Below, in pieces: positions 1 to 10,678 of a stretch of 64,000 bases of DNA. Below the pieces are notes generated by a model. The model searched no databases. It worked only from the letters and a program-made list of their open reading frames with translations, and was not told where the DNA came from. Both the position numbers and the translations under genes were made by a program. Positions within the stretch are counted from its first letter, which is position 1; each line of letters begins with the position of its first letter. The stretch comes from an uncultured Chloroflexia bacterium (lineage in GTDB: Bacteria; Chloroflexota; Anaerolineae; CG2-30-64-16): assembly GCA_963810095.1 (NCBI GenBank), contig CAWEMM010000006.1:1856168-1920167 (forward strand), written 5' to 3'.

Positions 1-1117
1 GGACGACCTGACGCCGCCCCCTTACGTCTTCGAGATCGAGCACCGTCCCGCGCCAAACCCCGGCGCCGACGATGTCATCACGTTCCGGGCCCGGGCCGCC
101 GACGAAGCAGGGCTGGCGAGTGTCCGGTTGGAGTGGACGCTGGACGGCGTGCCGCAGTCCCCCCTGAGCATGTTCGACGACGAGGCGCACGGAGACGACG
201 GGACGCGCGACGGGACATGGGGTGTCACGCATGCACCTCTCCCGGCCGGCAGCGTCGTGACGTACCGCGTCCGTGCGGTTGGCGCCGGCGGCAGCAGCTA
301 CGTCTACGAGTCACAGAAATCGCTGACCGTGCTGCCTGCATTCGTCAAGACCGCGGCCACCCTCCTCGTGCTGGATGCGGGGGGCACGAACGCGCCCAAC
401 GACACGGGCTGGTTCCGGCCTTACTACACGCTGGCGCTCGACGCGGCCGGTTATCGCTTCGACCTGTGGGACACCGAGCTGCGGGGCGAGCCCAGTGCTG
501 AGCTGCTCCGCCGGTACCAAAAGGGCGCGGTTATCTGGGCCACGCCCTTCTGGGGCTATCTGACTTCCTGGGACACGGGCGCTGCGGGGCGGCTGGAGGG
601 CTACCTGGCAGGGGGCGGCCGTCTCTTTATCACCGGACAGAACATCGGTCAGAGCCTTTCCTGGAGCAGCCTTCTGGGCAATTATCTCCACGCGACCTTC
701 AAACAGGGGGACACCGGGGTGTACGCCCTGGGGGGCAAGCTGGGGGATCCAATCGGGGGCGGGCTGGCGCTCGATCTTTCGGGGAGCGACGGTGCGAACG
801 ACCAGTACTCTACGGACGAAATCGACCCCATTGAGCCGGCACAGGTCATCTTCTCGTACCGCTCCGGCGGCAGCGATACGCCTGAGGCTGCCGGGCCCGC
901 AGGTGCGCCGGCCGACGAAAGCTCGCCTCAAGCGAACGTTGGCTCGGGGACCGCGGGCCTGCGGGTGGAGACGGACGTGTACAAGGCGGTCTACTTTGCG
1001 TTCGGCTTCGAGGGCATCAACGACGCGCGGCAGCGGCAGGAGGTCATGCGGCGGGTGCTGGAATGGCTGGACGTTGAACCGGGGGTGCGGGTGTACTTGC
1101 CGCTGATCCGACGGTAG
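1..1117 (+). CDS. C-terminal part of a large secreted/surface protein with Chloroflexi-type C-terminal xYLP motif (5' truncated)
   Basis: Frame appears open from the window edge; MFDDEAHGDDGTRDGTWG motif, LLVLD...YDLWD-type domain, ends VYLPLIRR*. Confidence 0.75.
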   Translation, partial: DDLTPPPYVFEIEHRPAPNPGADDVITFRARAADEAGLASVRLEWTLDGVPQSPLSMFDDEAHGDDGTRDGTWGVTHAPLPAGSVVTYRVRAVGAGGSSYVYESQKSLTVLPAFVKTAATLLVLDAGGTNAPNDTGWFRPYYTLALDAAGYRFDLWDTELRGEPSAELLRRYQKGAVIWATPFWGYLTSWDTGAAGRLEGYLAGGGRLFITGQNIGQSLSWSSLLGNYLHATFKQGDTGVYALGGKLGDPIGGGLALDLSGSDGANDQYSTDEIDPIEPAQVIFSYRSGGSDTPEAAGPAGAPADESSPQANVGSGTAGLRVETDVYKAVYFAFGFEGINDARQRQEVMRRVLEWLDVEPGVRVYLPLIRR

Positions 1118-1156
1118 ACGGTTGCAGACTAAGAGTCCCTAACAAAACCTGGTCGT

Positions 1157-1190
1157 GTAGGGGCGCGGCATCCGAAGGATGCCGCGCCCT
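1157..1190. repeat. GTAG-type REP-like palindrome
   Basis: GTAG-GGGCGCGGCATCC-GAA-GGATGCCGCGCCC-T, 13-bp perfect stem with no U-tract. Confidence 0.6.
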
Positions 1191-1302
1191 CCGGGCGGTT
1201 TCCGTCGAGATGTGCTACGCGGCTGCGCGCATGTTTGGCCTAGTGCAGCTTTTGTGATATCCTTGCACCAAGTCAGCTACCCTGACTGCAAGGAGCTTCC
1301 AC

Positions 1303-2040
1303 ATGGAGAATAAGGACGACGCGCTCAAGCGGGCGCCAGGCGCGCCTGGCCCTTCCGCGATCGTGGCGACCGTCCCCGCCGGGGCGCCGGCTCACGGCCG
1401 AAGCAATGGCCATACACCCTACTCGGCTTCGTCTGACACGTATCGCAGCTTTCCCGAACTTGCGGCAAGCGAACGGCGCAATATCGACTACCGTATCAGC
1501 GCAGCGGTCCGGCCATCGCCCGTCGCCATTGTCGCGCCCCACGGGGGCGCGATCGAACCTGGAACCTCGGAGCTGGCCCGCGCCATTGCCGGCGACACCT
1601 TTTCGTACTACTGCTTCGAGAGCATCCGGCCCACCGACAACAAGCGGCTGCATATCTCGAGCCATCGCTTCGACGAACCGATCGCACTGTCGATCGTCGA
1701 GCCGGCCGAGCTGGTCGTGGTCTTGCACGGTTGCATCCGGTCCGAGGAGTGCGTCTGGGTTGGCGGCCTGGATCGCCGGCTCGGCGAAACGATGATACGG
1801 TCGCTCGAGCACGCCGGCATTCCTGCGGCGTTTGACGAGACCGCGGAGACGAGCGGGCGGCTGCCGGGCAACCTGTGCAATCGCGGGGCGACGGGGAAGG
1901 GCTGCCAGCTAGAGATTACGCACGACCTGCGGAAGACGCTTTTCGAGGGTCTACACCGCGAGGGCCGCCGCTACCCTCGGCGCCGCTGTGACGAGTTTGC
2001 GGGGGCAGTTCGGGCTGCGATCCTGGCCGCGAGGCTGTAA
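1303..2040 (+). CDS. Poly-gamma-glutamate hydrolase family protein (DUF867, YjqB-like)
   Basis: DTYRSFPEL, APHGGAIEPGTSELA, LHISSHRFDEP, LHG, NLCNRG..G.QLEI motifs; AAGGAG RBS. Confidence 0.85.
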   Translation: MENKDDALKRAPGAPGPSAIVATVPAGAPAHGRSNGHTPYSASSDTYRSFPELAASERRNIDYRISAAVRPSPVAIVAPHGGAIEPGTSELARAIAGDTFSYYCFESIRPTDNKRLHISSHRFDEPIALSIVEPAELVVVLHGCIRSEECVWVGGLDRRLGETMIRSLEHAGIPAAFDETAETSGRLPGNLCNRGATGKGCQLEITHDLRKTLFEGLHREGRRYPRRRCDEFAGAVRAAILAARL

Positions 2041-2313
2041 GCGACGGAGATTTAGGTACAACCACAGGGAAACTATCAGTCGATGCCGCATGGGTGTGCG
2101 GCGGACGTGTTCTTGCGCCCGCCGCCCCCGACCAGGGCTGCGCCCCTTGGCGCCCCAAAGGCCACGCTCCGGGTACACGTGGACCCGCCTCGACGGCCGT
2201 CCAGTCGATCTCCTCGCCGTTTTAACGGTAGGTCAGCTCCATACAACCCTCGCTCCCTTCTGTGCGTATTAGAAAGCACAATACCACATAGAGCCCAACG
2301 AGGATGCAGCATC

Positions 2314-3196
2314 ATGCCGAAAAACGTCGACTCCTACCGTTTCATCAATGGGATCACGAAGCGCATGATCCGTTCGTGGATCAGCATGGAGCAGCCCAGG
2401 CCCATCCCGTGGACCCCGCTTCGGAAGCCGCTTTCGCAATGCACCGTGGCGCTGCTCAGCTCGGCCGGCATCGCGCTCGAAGACCGACAAGCCCTTTGAC
2501 CAGGAGGGCGAGCGCCGTAACCCATGGTGGGGCGACCCGTCCTACCGGGTCATCCCTGCCGGGACCACCGCGGCCGACGTCAAGCTGTACCATCTCCACA
2601 TCGACCCCGAGTATGCCGAGCACGACTTGAACTGCCTGTTCCCCTTGCAGCGGCTGGCGGAGTTGCAAGCGGCGGGCGAACTCGGGCGGGTGGCGCCGCG
2701 GCACTACTCGATGATGGGCTACCTGCTGCGGCCCGAGCGCATGCTGAGCGAGAGCGTGCCCACGATGATCGAGGCGATGCGCGAGGACCGGGTAGACGCC
2801 GTGATCCTCGTGCCTGCCTGACCGATCTGCTGCTGGTCCGTGGGACTGGCGCAGCGCGAGTTCGAGGCGGCGGGCTTCAGCACGATCAGCCTGACCCCCA
2901 TTCCCGACCTGACGGCCTCCGTCAGCGTGCCCCGTATCGCGGCCATCGAGTACCCGCTGGGACGGACGCTCGGGCAACCGGGCGACGCGGCCGGCCAGGC
3001 GGCGGTGTTGCGCGCGACGGTCGACGCCCTCTGCACCATCCAGACGCCCGGCGAGATACGTCATCTACCTTTCGAGTGGCCCGAGCCGCCGAAGCAGGTG
3101 CACAACGAGCCGCCGGAAGCGCCGCCGATCGGAAAGTATCTCAGCCGCAACCCGTGGTTCCTGCCGAAACTGTTATCGAGGAACGTGCCGGGATAG
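2314..3196 (+). CDS. PrdB/GrdB-like (proline/glycine reductase B family) selenoprotein; in-frame TGA at 2819-2821 read as Sec; one +1 indel near 2478
   Basis: PWTPLRKPLSQCTVALLSSAG, GDPSYRVIP, NCLFPLQRLAEL, DAVILVPA-U-PICCWSVGLAQREFEAAGFST, PLGRTLG; ORFs 2627-2821 and 2840-3196 are in the same frame across the TGA. Confidence 0.85.
2827..2854 (+). promoter_or_regulatory. Candidate bacterial SECIS hairpin
   Basis: CTGC-T(bulge)-GCTGGTCC-GTG-GGACTGGC-GCAG starting 5 nt after the TGA; G-containing apical loop. Confidence 0.7.
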
Positions 3197-3270
3197 CGGC
3201 GCTGCGTTGCTCTCAAGCGTACGGTGCTCCCCAGACCTGACAGGTGTGGGGACGCCGTTCGCAGAAATGC

Positions 3271-3299
3271 TTGACAAGTGCCCCTGCCAAGTGTATTAT
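3271..3299 (+). promoter_or_regulatory. Sigma70-type promoter
   Basis: TTGACA-17 nt-TATTAT upstream of the 3449 gene. Confidence 0.65.
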
Positions 3300-3448
3300 T
3301 TCACTACCTCGAACATAGCGCTCCGGCGCAACATCTCTCCATTCTCCTCAGCCCGAGTGGCATGTCCGATCCAGATCGTGCGTTGTGCGTTAGTCTCTGT
3401 CGTACGCCGTTCTTGGCGTTTGGTTACCAGCACCCGCGGAGGCAAGCC

Positions 3449-4704
3449 ATGGAAATCTACATCGTTGGATCGCTCCGAGACCCCGTTCCCGGCGAAGGAC
3501 CCCCTCCCGTTCGTCTCGAACAAGATGGATCGTCCGGGCTGGAAAAGGGCGTCGACCGAAACACGCTGCCCGAAATGTGTAAGTTCAGAGCCGCCGCCCA
3601 AGCCCTCGGATACGCTGGCGGCAAGGCGAAAGCAACGCTGCGTGTGGGCACCGTAGGTTGGAAGGACTTTGCCCACGGGCAGAGTATGGCCGAATGGGTT
3701 ATCAAGGGGGCCGACCAGGCGGGGCAGGAGATGAATAAACCTGTTAAGGTCATCTTCGACGTGCCCAGGCCGAGCGGCAACCCGGGCGAGGACATGCGGT
3801 TGGCAATGAATAAACTGGACGATCTGCAGAAGTTGCCCAGGGTCGACCTCGTTCCCCATTTCCTCCGCGTGACCTATACGGGTCAATCCCTCCCCGACGA
3901 CCTATCCGAGTCCGACGCGCTCATCCTGTTGGGGGGCAGCACGGGGACCGAGCGACTCGCATACGGCGCGCACCTGCTGGGGAAGCCGATCGTGCCCGTG
4001 AGGTTCTTCGGCCGGGCCGCCGAGCGGGTATACCAGCAGATGGTCCGCGATGAACTGGGCGACGCGAATGCCGAGGCGGTCGGCGCGCTGTGCGCTGAGT
4101 GGAAGAATGAGATCTCGAAGCAAGATGCGGAGCCGGGCGCTGCGAACACGGCCCCAGATCCGGAAATGGTGAAACACAACCGGCAGCAGGCCGACGCCGT
4201 CCTCCAGTTCGCAAAAACCCTCGTCAGCGAGGGACGCCAGATGGATCGCCGCGTGAAGCGACCGCTGGGGTTGGCTCTGGGGGCGATGATCCTGCTGCTG
4301 GTTGCCTGGGTTTGGCTGTACGTGACGGGGTCACAGGGCGAGGGAAATACTGCGGTCCGGTTCTTCGCGCTGTTGTATGTCTCTGCACTGCTGGGGGCGG
4401 GGTTGCGCGTGCTGCAGGCGTATGGGCAGCCCAACGGGCTGCGGCTGACGGGGTGGTCGCTTGCCATCCAGGCGGTTCTCGGGTTGGTCATCGCCTTCGG
4501 CCTGGCCCTCGTCTACCTGATCGGCGCCATTACCTTTACTTCTCAGGTGATCGTTATCGATTCTAAGAAGGCAATTTCGACGCCATCGCGTTGAGCATGT
4601 CGCTGTTGGGGTTGGCTGCCGGCTTCCTGCAGCCGCTCACCGAGCTCGAGAAGCGGCTGAACAAGGCCATCACGGAGCAGAGCGAAGAGGGGCAGCGGGC
4701 GTAG
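3449..4704 (+). CDS. SLOG-like nucleotide-binding domain fused to a C-terminal 4-TM region (frameshift near 4568)
   Basis: GGAGG RBS before ATG; IYIVGS start, DALILLGGSTGT...GKPIVPVRFFGRAA resembles SLOG/LOG; hydrophobic helices follow; shifted frame continues EGNFDAIALSMSLLGLAAGFL...GQRA*. Confidence 0.6.
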
Positions 4705-4761
4705 CGGGAGAACCGAGCGCGTGCGTATGGGGGTCAGATGTCGCCGGGCGTCCTGGCTCGC

Positions 4762-6075
4762 TTATTCGCGGCGGGCGGCCGCCGGCGTCCCCTCCTTGAT
4801 CCCCCGCATGACCAGCGTCCCGGCCAGCGCGCTGAGCGCGGCCAGGACGAACAGCGCCGGGTAACCGAGGAACTGACCCGGTCGCACGGCGTTCAGCCCG
4901 TCGATCATGGGGCCGGCCAGCCGGCTGACCGCGCCGGCGCCGGCGGTTGCGATGTTCGACAGCCCCAGGTACTTGCCGGCCTCGTCTTGGGGGATCAGGT
5001 CGGTCGCCAGCGCCCAGTTGACGCTCAGGAAGATGCCGGTGGCTGCGCCGATGACTGCGCCGAAGAGGTACAGCGACGTTACCGACTGCACGAACACCAG
5101 CAGGAACAGCCCCAGCGAGGCGAGTCCGCCCACGATGACGTTCAATCGCACCCGGCCAAAGCGGTCAGACAGGAGGCCGGCGGGGAACACGAGGAGCGTG
5201 AGGGTCAGGCCGATGGTGGCGAGCAGCGCGCCGGTCACCTGCGCCGCATTCGCCAGCCCCAGGCGGTCGGCGATGTAGTATTGGGCGAACGCCTGGACCG
5301 AGTAGATGCCGAGCAGCACCAGGAACCGCCCCGCGATGAGCCGGCTGTAGGCTGGGTAGCGCCGGGGTTCGACCCGCAGCACGTCGCGCAAATCCCAGTC
5401 TACGGCCGACTTTTCGCCCGGCGTCCAAGGTTCCTCCCGTGTGAAGACCACCGTGATCAGCGTGGCGACGGTCAGCACACCCATGATGATGCCGAACAGG
5501 AGCGACACGTTGCCCGACGTGACGAGCTGCCCCGCGACCAGTGATGCGACGACCAACCCACCCATGTCGAACAGGTTCTTGATCCCGGCGGCGAGTCCCC
5601 GCCGCTCCGACGGCACAAGATCGGGGATGAGGCCTTGCGCGGGACCGTGCGCCGAGTTCGACGCGAACTGCAGCAGCACGTACGTTGCCAGCAGCGCGGG
5701 AAATGTGCCCGCGCCGGCCATCAGCAGCAAGCAAAACAGCGCGGCCGCCGTGCCCGCCACGATCCATGGCCGCCGCCGCCCGAAGCGGGACCGGGTGCGG
5801 TCGCTGAGTGCGCCGGCAAACGGCTGGACCAGCGTCGCGACGACCAGCCCCAGAAACGTCAGGCCACCCAAATAAGTGTTCTTAAGCGCAGGCGGCGCCA
5901 TGGTCAGGAGCAGCGCGGGGAGTATAATCGGGTGCAGCGCGTTCCATAGGAAAGCCAGCCCGAACCAGTAGACGTTCAGCGTGACATACGATGCGCTGGA
6001 CAGGGCGCGGCTCGGCGGCTCGTCCGCAAGGGGTGGGGGAGCGTTCTGCTCGGCGACGGGCGTATACGGGGCCAT
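4762..6075 (-). CDS. MFS transporter
   Basis: About 12 TM helices; GALSDRTRSRFGRRRPW and GLLSDRFGR motif A. Confidence 0.9.
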   Translation of the reverse strand: MAPYTPVAEQNAPPPLADEPPSRALSSASYVTLNVYWFGLAFLWNALHPIILPALLLTMAPPALKNTYLGGLTFLGLVVATLVQPFAGALSDRTRSRFGRRRPWIVAGTAAALFCLLLMAGAGTFPALLATYVLLQFASNSAHGPAQGLIPDLVPSERRGLAAGIKNLFDMGGLVVASLVAGQLVTSGNVSLLFGIIMGVLTVATLITVVFTREEPWTPGEKSAVDWDLRDVLRVEPRRYPAYSRLIAGRFLVLLGIYSVQAFAQYYIADRLGLANAAQVTGALLATIGLTLTLLVFPAGLLSDRFGRVRLNVIVGGLASLGLFLLVFVQSVTSLYLFGAVIGAATGIFLSVNWALATDLIPQDEAGKYLGLSNIATAGAGAVSRLAGPMIDGLNAVRPGQFLGYPALFVLAALSALAGTLVMRGIKEGTPAAARRE

Positions 6076-6147
6076 GCGGGTCCTTTCTCGGAGGGTGGTT
6101 CATGGTATCACGGGGAGAGGCGAAGGCTAAATGACGGGTTCCCGCAC

Positions 6148-6905
6148 ATGACCGGGTATCCCTTGCCTAAGGGACAGCTCGCGGAGGTGGCGGGGAGCGT
6201 CCTGGCCCTGCGTCCACGCTCGTTTGCCGCCGAGTCGCTCCGGGCGACGGCGACGCTGAAGCCGCCTGCCCTCTACGAGTGTACCGAGCACATCCCGCCG
6301 TCCGGCCCGTTTCTGGTCGTCCACAACCACTACAATGCGCCCGGTTACAGTGCGTGGTGGAATGTGCTCGCCATTTCGGCCGCCATCGGCCGTCATCGCG
6401 CGCCGGAGGCCGACCGTGAACTGCACTGGATCATGACGGCCGCGATCCGCGGCACGGACGACCGGTGGCAGAGCCGGTTGGTGGAGGCGACGACCCAGTG
6501 GATGTTCGGGCGGGTGGCGGGGGTGTACGGCTTCATCAACATGCCGCCCATGCCGCCACGGCCCGGCGAGGAAGCGGAGCACGCTCGGAGCGTGCTGCAG
6601 GCGGTGCGGCTGGCCCGGCAGCTTGCGAAGAGCGGTGGCATTCTCAGTCTCACGCCGGAGGGCCAGGACCATCCGGGCGGGTTCGGCCCCCTGCCCCCCG
6701 GCGCGGGCGAGTTCATCGCGCTGCTCGTCGAAGCCGGGCTGCCCATCCTGCCCTCGGGCGTGAGTCAGGCCGGCACGCAATTGTCGTCCGCTTTGGTCCG
6801 GTCTTCACGCCCGAAATCCCCTCGCGCAGGAACAACCGGGACGGAGTGGTTGCCGGCCAGGTGAGGGCGGCTATCGGCGCGTGCCTGCCTGGGTCGCGCC
6901 TCTAA
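6148..6905 (+). CDS. PlsC-like lysophospholipid acyltransferase (frameshift near 6780)
   Basis: EHIPPSGPFLVVHNH, LTPEG, LPILP motifs; shifted frame gives VRFGPVF...IGACLP. Confidence 0.75.
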
Positions 6906-6925
6906 ACCGGCACGCCCTACCGCTT

Positions 6926-7919
6926 CTATAGCATCACGAGGGCACGCCGGTTTCCGCCCAGGCGGACCGGCGTTGGCGCCCAGCTCTCGCCTCGGTCGGG
7001 GCTGTGCCAGATGTTTCCGTTGCTCAGGGCGGCATAAAGCGCACCGGGAACGGCAGGATCGGCGATGAGCGAATAGGGCATGTGAGGCAGCGGCTGGGGC
7101 AGCCCGCCCGCAAGGGAACGCCACCCCGCGCCCTCTCGGCGAAAGATACACGCCTCCGCGTTCTTGTCACCGTGTGCCTGAGAGGGGCCGGGTGCGACCG
7201 ACACGTACCACGTCGACGGGTCGGTGGGATCGCCGGTCACCGCCCAGCCGTAGTGCCGGTCCAGGCCCTCGCCCACGTTGGTCCAAGTGCACCCGCCGTC
7301 CCGGCTGAAGGCGGCGCCCCCGCCGGTGCCCCCGGCTTCGTATATCCATTCGCCGTCGCTCGGGTGGAACGCGAGGCTGTGACAGTCGCGCAGCGCGCCT
7401 CGGCGGTGGCCCAGCCAGGTGTTGCCGCCGTCGTTGCTGAAGACGGTCGCGCCAAACTCGATGCCCACCACGATCCTCTGCCGCGTCCGTGGGCGACAGG
7501 GCGATCGCCTGGACATACCCAATAAAGGGCGGCTCGGCGGGCGAGAACCACAGCCGGCACCCGCGAATGCGCCGGAAAGATCTTAACTCTTCCCAGTTTA
7601 CGCCGGCGTCCCGCGAGACAAAGAGGTGCGCGGGCCGGGTCCCGGCATAGACCACGTCCTTCTGCGTTCGGCTGGCGGCAATCGCCTTCACCGGCCGGCC
7701 GGAGAGGCCCACTGCCCGCCAGGTCTTGCCGCGGTCGTCCGACCGGAGCACGCCCATGTCGTTCGTGCCTGCGTACACCCTGTCGCCGGCCAACGGGTCA
7801 GCAGCGAGGCAGGCGATGTCCCTCCCCGCCAGTAAGGTTTCGCAGCGGGGCTGCCCGGTCGCCGTCCAGACAGCGCGCGCCAGCCCGCTCCCGGTCACAC
7901 TAATAAAAACCCTCTCCAT
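6926..7919 (-). CDS. BNR/Asp-box repeat beta-propeller protein (frameshift near 7485)
   Basis: Repeated SxDxGxTW boxes (SDDRGKTW, SRDAGVNW, SNDGGNTW, SRDGGCTW, SPDRGESW). Confidence 0.8.
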
Positions 7920-7988
7920 CACGCTTACTCCTCCGTCCGTCATACTGGCGGCTCACGTTCCAACTGGCAGCCGCTTGGCACGGCGAGG

Positions 7989-8513
7989 TCAGCGCTCCGC
8001 CGTGTGCTCGAACAGGTGCTCGGCAGGAACCTCGAATAAGCGGGCGACCGAGTGAAAACCGTGGCCGTAGAACGCCGCGCCCAGCCCCCAGTCACTGTCG
8101 GGCACCCGTTCAAGTGCGGCCTTGGCAGCATCCAGCGCGGCATCGTAGCGCCGTCGAACTGCCTCAGGATTGCTCTGGCGCACTTGCCAGCGGATCATCC
8201 AGAAACTCGCCGGATCCGCAACCCACTTTGGCATGTTAAACATGCCCTTCCCCTGCCGGGCCATCTCAACTTCCTTAGGCAACTGCTCCAGCGCCCATGC
8301 CAGGTGCACCAGCACCTCGCCCCTGCTCCAGTCGCTAAGTGGGCTCTTCTGTCGCCACCGGTCCCCCGAGCTTGCCCGAGCCAGGCGGTGAAAGGCACTA
8401 CGGGTCGATTCCAACTGAGCCGCCAGCGCGGCCCGGTCGACAGTTGCCTGACCGGCCGCCGGGTGGCCTGAAGTTGCCTGGGAACTTAATACTGAAATGC
8501 TCTCGGTTGCCAT
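7989..8513 (-). CDS. DinB family protein
   Basis: WSRGEVLVHLA and C-terminal HLFEH metal-binding His pattern. Confidence 0.75.
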   Translation of the reverse strand: MATESISVLSSQATSGHPAAGQATVDRAALAAQLESTRSAFHRLARASSGDRWRQKSPLSDWSRGEVLVHLAWALEQLPKEVEMARQGKGMFNMPKWVADPASFWMIRWQVRQSNPEAVRRRYDAALDAAKAALERVPDSDWGLGAAFYGHGFHSVARLFEVPAEHLFEHTAER

Positions 8514-8599
8514 ATCACGTACTCCTGCTAATACAGATGTATGCCCCGCTTGGGGCGTCTCGCTGGCAGATCACCTCACGCTTCTTCTGCCTCCGGAGC

Positions 8600-9207
8600 T
8601 CACGGCCTCTGCGGGGCCGGCCGCAGCAGCGCCTGCACGGCCTCGGTATATTTGTCTACGTCGACGCCGGGGTCGAGTGCCAGTTGCAGCTCCAGGCCGT
8701 AGTAGAGCGAGATCAGGGTGTTGCCGAGCGCGAGCGGGTCGAGCGCCGGATCGAGCTGGCCCTTGGCCTGCGCCGCACGGAGGATCGCCGTCGTCGCGTC
8801 ACGGTAGAAGGCCAACAGGCTCTGCACGCTCTCGAGCAGGGCGGGATTGATTAGGGCTTCACCCCAGCCCTGAACGTTTACGCGACCCGCGCCGAGTCCT
8901 GCTGCATCTTTGAGCCCGTGGAACAGGAAGCCGAGCAGGTTCGCCAGCGCGCGCCGAGCGGGTCCTCGCTCTCAGCCGCAGCGTTGAACATGCCCCGGCT
9001 GCGCTCGTAATCGAAGTCGAAGCTCCCCGCGATGATCTCGTGCTTGCTTTCGAAGTAGTGATAGACCGCCCCGGCACTGAGCCCCGCCTCCTGGTAGATG
9101 TCGCGCATCGAGGTCTGGTGGAACCCGTTGCGTGAGAAGCACCTGTAGGCTGCGTCGATGATCTGCTGGCGGCGGGCCAGGCTATGCTCTTGCGTGACCT
9201 TCGGCAT
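8600..9207 (-). CDS. TetR/AcrR family regulator (frameshift near 8950)
   Basis: MPKVTQEH..RRQQIIDAA..CF...GFHQTSMRDI..AGLSAGAVYHYFESK; C-terminal half lies in ORF 8600-8827. Confidence 0.9.
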
Positions 9208-9221
9208 CACGGTCCTCGGTA

Positions 9222-9274
9222 TTAAAAATCGAACGATCAATTTATTTATAGCACATAAGTCGTGCTCTTGTCAA
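9222..9274 (-). promoter_or_regulatory. tetR promoter and probable autoregulatory operator
   Basis: Minus strand TTGACA-18 nt-TATAAA with TGn extension; imperfect palindrome AAAAATCGAACGATCAATTT just downstream. Confidence 0.55.
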
Positions 9275-9307
9275 TACCCTTGAACCGGTCTGGAGAGAAC
9301 TTGCCCG

Positions 9308-9351
9308 AAATAAGAAAGGGGCGCTGCTCAGCCGGCCGCAACGCCCCTTTC
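9308..9351 (-). terminator. Intrinsic terminator after the acyltransferase
   Basis: GAAAGGGGCG..CGCCCCTTTC stem followed by TTATTT on the minus strand. Confidence 0.6.
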
Positions 9352-9372
9352 GCGAGTGTCGAAGTGTGGCGC

Positions 9373-10587
9373 TCAGGTCGCCAGGGCCGGGCCCGCTTCC
9401 TCGACCTGTGCCGGCTTCATCCCAAACAGCAGCCGGAGCACCCCCACCCGCTTGACAACGAACTCGACGAGGGCGAGCGTGATCGCGAACGCGCCGAACC
9501 CGACGATCAGCATCTTGGGCAGCAGGCCCATGTCCCATTGGACGGCGAAGTACGCGATGACGATGATCACGGGCTGGTGGAGCACGAAGAACGGCAGCAG
9601 CACGTCGAGGCTGTAGGTCAGGCCGCGGTTTGTAAAGTTGAGGAATCGCATGCCGACGAACAACATGAGAGATGTCCCGCACCACGCGGCCACCGTGACG
9701 AACGCCCACACGAGGAACGCGGCTAACGTGACGGGACGCTTTTCGAGATCGAAGCCGAGCGACATCGCCAGATAGCCGAACGCAGCTGTACTTACCAACA
9801 GGACGGTAAGGAGGGTGGCCCAATCGCGCCGGATCGCGCGCGTAAATCGTTCGTCCGTGTAAACCAGGTAGCCCAGGACGAAGAAGGCGCCGTATGAGAC
9901 GAAGTCGGCCCAGTCGTGCTGCACCGGGAAGAAGGGTTGCAGCAGCAGCCGCAGGGCGATCAGCGGGACGATAAAGACGAGGATACCGCCGCGATACTCG
10001 CACAACTTGGCCAAGCGTGACACGAACCGCTGGCCCGCCGTGCCGCGCAGCCACAGGAAGAGCGGCAACGCGAGCAGCGAAAACGCGAACAGGTAGCCCA
10101 GAAACCACATATGGTAGCCGATGGCGCCGAACCATTTGGGACCGGGGAGCAAGAAACGTTCGTCGACAAACTGGGCGAGCGTCTGCGCCGTCACCCCGGT
10201 CTCGACCCGATGGCGCCAGGAGAGGTAGATCTGAATTGGGCCCAGCAGGAGCGTGCCGGTGAGGAAGGGGACCAGCAGCCGGAGCGTGCGCTCCCGGGTA
10301 AACGCGCCGGCCGTGCGGTGGCGCAGCGCAAAATAGCTGCCTGCGCCGGCAATCAGGAAGAAGAGGGGCATGCCCCACGGAAAGACCATGCCCTGAACGA
10401 TCGTGATCGCTTCGCTCTGCTCGGCGTTCTTGATCTCGAAGCCGACCGTGTTGAACACGTCGCTGACGTGGACGAGGAAGACCGCGAAGATGGCGATGAC
10501 GCGCAGCCAGTCGAGATAGTGCAGGCGAGGCTTGGCAGCGGGCGTGCCGGTGCGCGACGTGGCCTGTGGAAGTGAGATCGCTCCCAT
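9373..10587 (-). CDS. Acyltransferase 3 family (OpgC/MdoC-like) membrane protein
   Basis: RLHYLDWLRVIA..H, MPLFFLIAG, ERTLRLLVP, HMWFLGYLF, FVLHQPVI. Confidence 0.9.
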   Translation of the reverse strand: MGAISLPQATSRTGTPAAKPRLHYLDWLRVIAIFAVFLVHVSDVFNTVGFEIKNAEQSEAITIVQGMVFPWGMPLFFLIAGAGSYFALRHRTAGAFTRERTLRLLVPFLTGTLLLGPIQIYLSWRHRVETGVTAQTLAQFVDERFLLPGPKWFGAIGYHMWFLGYLFAFSLLALPLFLWLRGTAGQRFVSRLAKLCEYRGGILVFIVPLIALRLLLQPFFPVQHDWADFVSYGAFFVLGYLVYTDERFTRAIRRDWATLLTVLLVSTAAFGYLAMSLGFDLEKRPVTLAAFLVWAFVTVAAWCGTSLMLFVGMRFLNFTNRGLTYSLDVLLPFFVLHQPVIIVIAYFAVQWDMGLLPKMLIVGFGAFAITLALVEFVVKRVGVLRLLFGMKPAQVEEAGPALAT

Positions 10588-10678
10588 GCTGACCTCCACA
10601 TGGAACGCTGGTGGGGCAACCTGGTGAAGTGACTAGCGCGCCTCCAATTTCGCGCCTCACAACCGATCTGTCAATAGC

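Noticed and set aside
2041-2313. Riboswitch upstream of the selenoprotein gene
   Set aside because: GC-rich stems are present but no aptamer consensus was recognisable by eye; an Rfam scan would be needed
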